Below the pieces are notes generated by a model. The model saw only the letters and a list, made by a program, of their open reading frames with translations. It made no database searches and was not told where the DNA came from. Below, in pieces: positions 8,410 through 14,998 of a stretch of 64,000 nucleotides of DNA. The DNA comes from Bacteroidales bacterium (lineage in GTDB: Bacteria > Bacteroidota > Bacteroidia > Bacteroidales > ML635J-15). The stretch's first letter is position 1. The number at the start of each line of letters is the position of its first letter. Both the position numbers and the translations under genes were made by a program. Where the stretch lies: positions 7,723 to 71,722 of the forward strand of contig JAFZLK010000106.1 of assembly GCA_017551515.1 (NCBI GenBank), written 5' to 3'.

Positions 8410-9087
8410 TTATTTCTCGCAAACCGGACGAATCGGCAGACCGTCTTCGCGAGTGCCATAGTCGACACCATAATAATTTGCATGGAATATTATGTAACCA
8501 GCTCGGAAAGCACCATCTATGTCAATTGAATTTGCCCAATACTCACCGCTACCATAAGCGCCTTCGCTGAAAAGGATTTTTCCGCGATAGTAGCCAGCTG
8601 CTGGAAGGAAGATGCTTTGTCCGTTTGGTCCTTTAACCTCGTAACCACCTTCGGGCTTCCAGGTCCAAGTACACTTTGTTTTCAATTCTTTTAATTCCGC
8701 TATTGTCGGCATACGCCAACCATTGCCCCAATTGGCAGAAGCGGCATCGTCCGACAGTTCCAAGCTTGTCAACTTATCAGATTCACCAGCCGTATATTTG
8801 GTCAAATTTGTACCATTATAATACTTATAGCTGTCCTCAGTATAGTTGTCCTTTACAGTTGTTTCTCCCCAAGCAAAGTAGTCGCCGTACTCTTCCGGAG
8901 ATTTAGCTCCTACATTGCAGGTTGCCCATCTTACCGACAAGCCGAGGTCAACCCAGTCGTGACCGCCAAGATTTCCTGTAGGTATTTCCGCTGCAATGTC
9001 TTCATTATCTACGCTATAGCATGCCAACATTCCGACAACAGAAACGACAGCCAAGACGACCGCGATTATTAAATAAAACTTTTTCAT
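8410..9087 (-). CDS. lipoprotein with DUF1566/FISUMP-like domain (paralog 1)
   Basis: Signal peptide with Cys. GHDWVDLGL..WATCNVGA..PEEYGDYFAWGET and WRMPTIAELKEL motifs. Paralog of 9709-10425. Confidence 0.65.
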   Translation of the reverse strand: MKKFYLIIAVVLAVVSVVGMLACYSVDNEDIAAEIPTGNLGGHDWVDLGLSVRWATCNVGAKSPEEYGDYFAWGETTVKDNYTEDSYKYYNGTNLTKYTAGESDKLTSLELSDDAASANWGNGWRMPTIAELKELKTKCTWTWKPEGGYEVKGPNGQSIFLPAAGYYRGKILFSEGAYGSGEYWANSIDIDGAFRAGYIIFHANYYGVDYGTREDGLPIRPVCEK

Positions 9088-9110
9088 TTTAAATAGTGTT
9101 TAGGATTAAA

Positions 9111-9190
9111 GGCAAGAAGGCTAACAGCCAAGCAGTTTTGCTGTTCCGCTGTTAGGCTGTTCGCAGTTTGTCTGTATTGCTGTCAGCCTT
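9111..9190. repeat. ggctaacag / cttgcag word-type intergenic repeat with hairpin ctaacagc..gctgttag
   Basis: gaaggctaacag is shared with 9625-9636 and 10992. Related words occur at 62344-62400. Confidence 0.55.
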
Positions 9191-9202
9191 CATGTCACTC
9201 CG

Positions 9203-9571
9203 CTACTTGCGAGCTTCGCGATCTAATATCCTATTATGGCAAGGTTCTGTAATTCTCAGTTTATTTTCTTCGAGCAGGGTGTATGCACATCCTAATACCG
9301 ATTTGTCTGAAACATTGGTGAAGAATATTGAATCTTCAGTGGTCTCATAAGTAAAATCATAGCTTTTACTAGCATCGGATGAGATAAACTTTCCCGTTTT
9401 GTCATCGTTGAACTGATAAGTGGTGATTTCGCCGAAGAAATTACTTGTCCATTGTCCCTTTACCAAAGGAGATGTTGATTCTGATTCTTCGGTTTTTGCA
9501 CCGTTGTTGCACGAATAGAGCATTACCAATGCGAATGCTACTGTTGCCAATAATACTAATGTTTTTTTCAT
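9203..9571 (-). CDS. small lipoprotein, unknown function (paralog A)
   Basis: 122 aa with lipobox LYSC. 95 of 122 residues are identical to 10584-10952 by hand alignment. Confidence 0.65.
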   Translation of the reverse strand: MKKTLVLLATVAFALVMLYSCNNGAKTEESESTSPLVKGQWTSNFFGEITTYQFNDDKTGKFISSDASKSYDFTYETTEDSIFFTNVSDKSVLGCAYTLLEENKLRITEPCHNRILDREARK

Positions 9572-9610
9572 ATCTATAAAATTTTTAAATTAATAATTCT
9601 GTTTCTTGAT

Positions 9611-9706
9611 TGGCTCGAAGGCGAGAAGGCTAACAGGCTGACAGTCTTGCAGTCTTGCAGACAGGCTGGTCTTCCGTTAGACTGGCCTTCTGCTAGTCTT
9701 CTAGCC
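9611..9706. repeat. word-type intergenic repeat, duplicated at 10991-11083
   Basis: ctggtcttccgttagac and ggctaacaggc are shared with the second copy. Contains tandem agtcttgc x2. Confidence 0.6.
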
Positions 9707-9708
9707 CA

Positions 9709-10425
9709 TTATTTTGCGACAACAGGACGAATAGTGAGTCCATCATTGCGATACAAATTGCTAATTTCTCGATAATTCGAAGATGACTCCATCGTGAAAA
9801 TCAAAATCTTTGCCATATACAAGTTTTGTTCTAGAGAAAGAGAACGCGTCCAATAATAACCGTAGGTAATTTTTGAGGGATCACCTGAGATAAGGTCACT
9901 TTCTTTAAAATATCCAGCGGCTGGAAGGAAAATAGTTTTTCCGTTTGTTCCTTTAACTTCATAACCATTCGCTTTCTTAGTCCAAGTACATTTGTCAAGC
10001 AATTCTTTAAACTCTTCTTCTGTAGGAATACGCCAATCCTTACCCCAGTTTGCAGATGCAGCATCATCAGTTTCTTCCAAGATTTCCAGTTTATCATCAT
10101 ATGTATATTTGGTCAAACCAGCATCAAAATACCGATATGTTTCCCTATTGAAAATCTCTTTTGTCTTTGTTTCACCCCAAGCAAAATAATTGCCGTATTC
10201 TTCCGGTTTGCTTGCTCCTACATTGCAAGTCGCCCACTTAGTACCGCTTGGCAAACCCAAGTCTACCCAGTCGTGACCTACAAGGCTACCCGTTGTTGGC
10301 TCTTCGACAACGGCATTAGTGTTCTCTTCTTCACTTGAGGCTTCGGCAGTCTTGCCATTGCCATTACAACTTGCCAACATTCCTGCTACAGAAACAATGG
10401 CGAAAAATAATAAGAACTTCTTCAT
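9709..10425 (-). CDS. lipoprotein with DUF1566/FISUMP-like domain (paralog 2)
   Basis: MKKFLLFFAIVSVAGMLASC leader, then GHDWVDLGL..WATCNVGA..YFAWGET and WRIPTEEEFKEL. An upstream in-frame ATG at 10455 is less likely to be the start. Confidence 0.65.
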   Translation of the reverse strand: MKKFLLFFAIVSVAGMLASCNGNGKTAEASSEEENTNAVVEEPTTGSLVGHDWVDLGLPSGTKWATCNVGASKPEEYGNYFAWGETKTKEIFNRETYRYFDAGLTKYTYDDKLEILEETDDAASANWGKDWRIPTEEEFKELLDKCTWTKKANGYEVKGTNGKTIFLPAAGYFKESDLISGDPSKITYGYYWTRSLSLEQNLYMAKILIFTMESSSNYREISNLYRNDGLTIRPVVAK

Positions 10426-10583
10426 ATTCAATAATTTTAAAAGTTTAAAGTTCAATGTTCAAAAGTTCAATGTTCATTTTTTTGCTTTGGCTTGGAGTTC
10501 GTTGTCCACCTGAGCCTTAAAGCTTTGGGGGACAACAAACCTACAGCCGATCTAAAAATATTATTGGTGGAATGATTACATGT

Positions 10584-10952
10584 TTACTTACGCTTTTCGC
10601 GATCATATACCATATTGTGACCTGGATAATTAAATCTCAGCTTGTCATCATTGATAAATGTGTAAGCATATCTCTTTACCGATTTGTCTGCAACATTGGT
10701 GAAGAATATGGAATCAGTCGTTGTCTCGTAAGTAAAATCATAACTGTCACTAGCATTCGATGAAATAAACTTTCCAGTCATGTCATCGTTGAACTGATAG
10801 GTAGTGATTTCGCCAAAGAAGTTAAGCGTCCACTGTCCCTTTACAAACGGAGAGTTTGATTCTGATTCTTCGGTTTTTGAACCGTTGTTGCACGAATAAA
10901 GCATTACCAATGCGAATGCTATGCTTGCCAAAAGTACTAATGTTTTTTTCAT
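10584..10952 (-). CDS. small lipoprotein, unknown function (paralog B)
   Basis: 122 aa. Same leader and core as 9203-9571; the last 30 residues are divergent. Confidence 0.65.
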   Translation of the reverse strand: MKKTLVLLASIAFALVMLYSCNNGSKTEESESNSPFVKGQWTLNFFGEITTYQFNDDMTGKFISSNASDSYDFTYETTTDSIFFTNVADKSVKRYAYTFINDDKLRFNYPGHNMVYDREKRK

Positions 10953-10990
10953 ATCTTAAAATTTTTAAATTAATAATTCTATTTCTTGTT

Positions 10991-11083
10991 TGGCTAACAG
11001 GCTTACTGTCTAACAGGCTTGCAGACAGACAGACTGGTCTTCCGTTAGACAGGTCTTCTGTTTGCCTGTCAGCCTTTCAGCCC
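10991..11083. repeat. word-type intergenic repeat (second copy of 9611-9706)
   Basis: ggctaacaggc..ctggtcttccgttagacagg..cagccc. Confidence 0.6.
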
Positions 11084-11084
11084 T

Positions 11085-12077
11085 TTATTTGCGTACCCAA
11101 TCGGAAACTTCGTGCCATGCATTATTTCCTCGTGTTGTGCCGTTCTTGTGACCCCATTCTTTTTTCAAGTAATTAAATGCCACAATATTGCGACCATCAG
11201 CAAGTTCATAAACTACCCAGTAATGTATAGTTTTCTCCCATGTTGTTTCAGAATATTCACCCCACTTGGATTCCTTCCATTCGCTGGTAAGACCAACTGC
11301 TGCAACCTTGCAATTCTTAAGTTCGGGATGTTCTTCCCTGTTGAATCCTGCATAAGGACGCGACGATTCGTATTCCATAACTTCGCCTTCGGCAGCAGCA
11401 TTCTTCCATACAATCTTGTCTTCCAACATTTCAACTGTATATTTTAGTTCAGGGTCATAGTTTTTGTGCTTAATCGTGTACATCCTTTTATCAAGCAATA
11501 ATGCACCATAAACATATCCTGCAAGCAAACGATTGACTTTTCCTGTATATGTACCAGGAATATCTCCCGAATTTGAACCTTCTTCCTTTAAGTTACACAA
11601 AATATGACTACCTCCGTTGGGAAATTTTAACAACACTTTATATTCCATACCATAAACACCAGCATTTTTTACTTCAAATTTAAGCACTCCAAGATGCGGT
11701 GATACGATAGTTCCGTCTTCGCTTATTGAACCCTTGTCTTCGCCACGGTTGTTTGTAAACTTGCCTGTGCTGGGGTCTAGTTTAATAACATCACCTTTCT
11801 GGTTGCCTGCCATTTCTGTAAGCATTGTAAATTCCAATGTTGCTGGATTCCATGTGCAGACTGCCATCTCACCATTTTTGCCTACTGAGAATGTAGATGT
11901 TGCTGCCTTTGCATCTGCCTTAGGCATTTCACATTCCCTATTTTGGTTAGACTGCTGTGTCTTGTTCTTTACTGCCTTTGCGATTCCGCCCAAAAGTTGA
12001 GCATCGGCATTGTAACTTACACCAAACATAATGGCTAACAATGCCATAACCTTAAAAAATGTACTAATTCTTGCCAT
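11085..12077 (-). CDS. secreted protein, unknown function; leader shared with 12138-13400
   Basis: MARISTFFKVMALLAIMFGVSYNADAQL leader. 330 aa, no lipobox, no domain I recognise. Confidence 0.6.
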   Translation of the reverse strand: MARISTFFKVMALLAIMFGVSYNADAQLLGGIAKAVKNKTQQSNQNRECEMPKADAKAATSTFSVGKNGEMAVCTWNPATLEFTMLTEMAGNQKGDVIKLDPSTGKFTNNRGEDKGSISEDGTIVSPHLGVLKFEVKNAGVYGMEYKVLLKFPNGGSHILCNLKEEGSNSGDIPGTYTGKVNRLLAGYVYGALLLDKRMYTIKHKNYDPELKYTVEMLEDKIVWKNAAAEGEVMEYESSRPYAGFNREEHPELKNCKVAAVGLTSEWKESKWGEYSETTWEKTIHYWVVYELADGRNIVAFNYLKKEWGHKNGTTRGNNAWHEVSDWVRK

Positions 12078-12137
12078 AACTATTTTTTTTTTAAAATTAT
12101 CAAATTTGTTAATTATTTACTTGTGTCTTACCGTTGT

Positions 12138-13400
12138 TTAATAGTTTACAAAATACCAGTGAAACTTACCGTACAGATATTTCTCGGTCGTTGCATTTGC
12201 GACAAACCTTGACTCTCCGTAACTTCCACCACCTATATAATCCTGACGGATTGGGTACTGTGTAGCCAGCTTGTGACCTGGGTGCTCATCGTCGATAATA
12301 ATAACCTCCGCATGTTTGAGACGGTACTCGGGAATTCCAACAGAATTCTTAACTATATCCCACTTTGCCGTTGCATCGGCTGGACAAAAAACTTCAACAA
12401 GTTGCATTGAAGGATAGTTTTTCTTAAGTTGGCTCTTCAGGTTGTTCTCGATTGCTGCATCACGCTGTGACGGCTTGGTTACCGATCTCGTGGCTTTCTC
12501 GCAATGTGCAATACGCGCCTTGTCAAGTTCGTCGGCAGTACGGAACTTAATAGGAAGATTTGCAATCGAATCGGCTGGCATCTTGTCCATAAACGATTTA
12601 AGTTCATTAAGATAGAGATTTTCGGCAGTCGGGAAAATCTGTCCTTGTCCAACTATTTCGGTATCAATCCAATGCAAGATTTCGCGGATGAACCACATTT
12701 TTGCAACATCGGTCTTGCAGGTTGCTGCCTTATCGAGTTGTCCGCGCACATAACCGCTAATGTCGTTGAAAGCCGGAGTAACATCCTGTTCCATCGCTGT
12801 CTTTACATACATATTGTATAAGGTATTGTAATCAAGGACTTGTCCCATATTTACCATGCTGAGTAAGTCGGAAACCATATCTTTATCGTTAGATTTATTT
12901 TCCCAAGGCGACTTGTTCGACAAATTAGACTGTAGCGAGTAGAGTTCTCCAGTTGTTACTGGCCAATCTCCTGTTACATAACCTATTACAAATTTAGCCT
13001 GCGGCAACGCACCGATAAGCACATCGTAATCGATGCCGTACCTGAGGCTAAGCGCTTGTTCGAAGAAAACGAAGGCACGGGCTATGTCCTCGGGAGCCGA
13101 CTCCTTGGTGACTGTGGTTGCAACATGGAAGTTGTAGTCGGCAGCAGTCTCATACGGCGACATCTTATCCAATGCAGCCTTATCAACAGGGCTTAAAGAT
13201 TGCTGTTGCTGTGATGTTGGACTGCTTGAATTCTGTTGCTGCGTTTTGTCGGTCTGCGACTGGTTGTGCTGAATCTGCTGAACGGCCTTGTTCTTTGCCT
13301 TGTTGAGCACACCTCCCAACTGAGCATCGGCATTGTAACTAAAACCTAACATAACGGTCATTACCGCCATTACCTTTAATAAATTACTCATTCTTACCAT
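12138..13400 (-). CDS. secreted protein with Q-rich linker, unknown function
   Basis: MVRMSNLLKVMAVMTVMLGFSYNADAQL leader, then the low-complexity stretch QQIQHNQSQTDKTQQQNSSSPTSQQQQ. 420 aa. Confidence 0.6.
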   Translation of the reverse strand: MVRMSNLLKVMAVMTVMLGFSYNADAQLGGVLNKAKNKAVQQIQHNQSQTDKTQQQNSSSPTSQQQQSLSPVDKAALDKMSPYETAADYNFHVATTVTKESAPEDIARAFVFFEQALSLRYGIDYDVLIGALPQAKFVIGYVTGDWPVTTGELYSLQSNLSNKSPWENKSNDKDMVSDLLSMVNMGQVLDYNTLYNMYVKTAMEQDVTPAFNDISGYVRGQLDKAATCKTDVAKMWFIREILHWIDTEIVGQGQIFPTAENLYLNELKSFMDKMPADSIANLPIKFRTADELDKARIAHCEKATRSVTKPSQRDAAIENNLKSQLKKNYPSMQLVEVFCPADATAKWDIVKNSVGIPEYRLKHAEVIIIDDEHPGHKLATQYPIRQDYIGGGSYGESRFVANATTEKYLYGKFHWYFVNY

Positions 13401-13526
13401 AATATTCTGATTTAAATGTTATTAATAGTGTTACTTTATTATAAATTTTTCAATCGTTGTTCTTTCTAAAGCCATATTTTCGTTTCCTTATTTAATTTAG
13501 GTTTGGTCAACAATCAAATTGTAGGA

Positions 13527-13534
13527 CAAAATTA
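13527..13534 (-). promoter_or_regulatory. candidate -7 box (TAATTTTG on the minus strand) for 12138-13400
   Basis: caaaatta on the plus strand, with the 45-nt shared motif 21 nt further upstream. Confidence 0.35.
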
Positions 13535-13555
13535 GGCCTGTATGCCGTTTTGCTC

Positions 13556-13600
13556 TTTGTCATTTTCTGCCAAAACTTGTGCAGAGTCTTACAAAATGAC
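13556..13600 (-). promoter_or_regulatory. 45-nt operator-like motif, copy B (two TCTkmCAAA half-sites 21 bp apart)
   Basis: 38 of 45 nt are identical to 16749-16793. Half-sites are tctgccaaa (13566-13574) and tcttacaaa (13587-13595). Confidence 0.55.
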
Positions 13601-13740
13601 CTAAAATTTTGTGCATATCTGCACAATCATTTTGTGTATCATGCTGAAATACAAGAAATAAGAAAATGTAATGGATAATTGACAATGGATAATGGACAAT
13701 TAATAATTAACAATGGATACTCCCTCTCCGATGTCATGCT

Positions 13741-13769
13741 GAACTTGTTTCAGCATCTGTAATGAATAA
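13741..13769 (-). repeat. 29-nt hairpin element, second copy of 7554-7582 in reverse orientation
   Basis: The reverse complement, cagatgctgaaacaagttcagcatgacat, compares with cagatcccgaaacaagttcgggatgacat. All 4 differences are paired stem positions. Confidence 0.75.
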
Positions 13770-13802
13770 TGGACATTACGCCCCTTCGAACCTTCGACAG
13801 GC

Positions 13803-13861
13803 TCAGGGAACGTCTCAGGGAGCGATAACTCTGCTTACTGAGTCTGTCGAAATGAAAAATT
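13803..13861. repeat. long hairpin (14-bp stem, about 31-nt loop) in an ORF-free region
   Basis: ttcgacaggctcag pairs with ctgagtctgtcgaa, including one G-U pair. Confidence 0.6.
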
Positions 13862-14048
13862 TAGTAGGCTTGCAATAAATTGTAGGCCTACTAAAGCAAT
13901 GCTAACCGACAAATGTGAACAGGAATTTGGAAGTTTGCTCAAACAAATACTTGACAATAAGCAACTTACAGAAATTAGTACAAATTTACGACGAATCGAA
14001 AAATTGTACTGCACTCAAAATCAACGAATTTGCATATCAACCCAAAAC

Positions 14049-14111
14049 GATTGTAGGCTCGCAATGCATTGCGAGCCTACAATCGTAAATCAAAATTCGT
14101 AAATCCTATTG
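14049..14111. repeat. perfect 36-nt palindrome plus tcgtaaat words; left direct repeat flanking vapBC
   Basis: gattgtaggctcgcaatgcattgcgagcctacaatc (14049-14084). The segment 14056-14111 is repeated at 14852-14913. Confidence 0.85.
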
Positions 14112-14516
14112 TTCTGACGAATTTACCCAGTCAACGCATTTAACTCCAGGCATTAGGCTGAAATGCTTTATGTTGTGAGTTACAACAGTCAAGCCTAACC
14201 TACGAGCCGTTGCTCCAATGATAATATCGAAATCACCGACCGTATATCCTTTACTTACAATACTTTGGCGAATGTCGGCATAATCACGAATCCAGTCACC
14301 AAGAGGTAGCACAGTAAATGTATTTTCAATCTCCTTTGGCTCTTGAAGATGACGCTCTACAGCCTTGCTGTGCAGAGCACCATAAGTAAGTTCTGCAATA
14401 GTAACCTCAGAAGCAAAAATTTGATCTACAGGAGTTTTTGCAATATGGATGTCAACTCCACCACGATGACGGAAAAATTCAATCCAAGTATCAGAATCAA
14501 GAATATACCCTTTCAT
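14106..14516 (-). CDS. vapC: PIN-domain toxin, VapC family
   Basis: 136 aa with PIN acidic residues (LDSD, EVTIAEL, DFDIIIGATA) and THN..HF. Confidence 0.85.
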   Translation of the reverse strand: MKGYILDSDTWIEFFRHRGGVDIHIAKTPVDQIFASEVTIAELTYGALHSKAVERHLQEPKEIENTFTVLPLGDWIRDYADIRQSIVSKGYTVGDFDIIIGATARRLGLTVVTHNIKHFSLMPGVKCVDWVNSSEQ

Positions 14517-14522
14517 AACGAA

Positions 14523-14780
14523 CTAATCATCAAGGTTAATTTCACGATTTGCAGGACGACCATCATTACGATGCTTCATCATCTGATAGTACTCTTCTCC
14601 TTCTTCATCAGACCAACTTCCAGCCAATCTGAGAAAATCAGCCTTGCGTTCCTCTGCAGTTTTATTCAAAACACTATTTTCTGGCATAACCAATTTATTA
14701 GCAAGCCATTCGCGGTCACTCTGCGAAAGGGATAGTCCTTGCAGATAATTCCATAAATTATTTAATGCCGTTGTTGTCAT
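14523..14780 (-). CDS. putative antitoxin partner of VapC
   Basis: 85 aa, 6 nt upstream of vapC. It has an acidic C-terminal half (GSWSDEEGEEYY). The call rests on position and size. Confidence 0.6.
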   Translation of the reverse strand: MTTTALNNLWNYLQGLSLSQSDREWLANKLVMPENSVLNKTAEERKADFLRLAGSWSDEEGEEYYQMMKHRNDGRPANREINLDD

Positions 14781-14851
14781 ATGCTATCGTTTATTGTTGC
14801 CACAAAAATAGAGAAAATATTTTAATCAACAAATTTGTTTTGCAATACATT

Positions 14852-14913
14852 GGCTCGCAATGCATTGCGAGCTACAATCGTAAATCATAATTCTAAAATC
14901 GTAAATCCTATTG
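14852..14913. repeat. right direct repeat flanking vapBC (palindrome copy with 1-nt deletion plus tcgtaaat words)
   Basis: ggctcgcaatgcattgcgagctacaatcgtaaatcataattctaaaatcgtaaatcctattg. Confidence 0.85.
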
Positions 14914-14998
14914 CATATTGTCAGCAAACGGCGAAGCAATATTAACGCCGAAGGCATAGAAACCAGAAACGGCGTAGCCACAGAAACCGGCGAAGCCC

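Noticed and set aside
8311-10476. Short tandem or word repeats considered as a possible CRISPR array.
   Set aside because: The periods are 7-15 nt with no unique spacers of 25-40 nt. There are no cas genes in the window, and the repeats are imperfect and scattered.
13899-14102. 67-aa + strand ORF in the ORF-free spacer.
   Set aside because: Its 3' third is the 36-nt palindrome and the repeat words, there is no promoter box or RBS-like context, and the translation has no motif.
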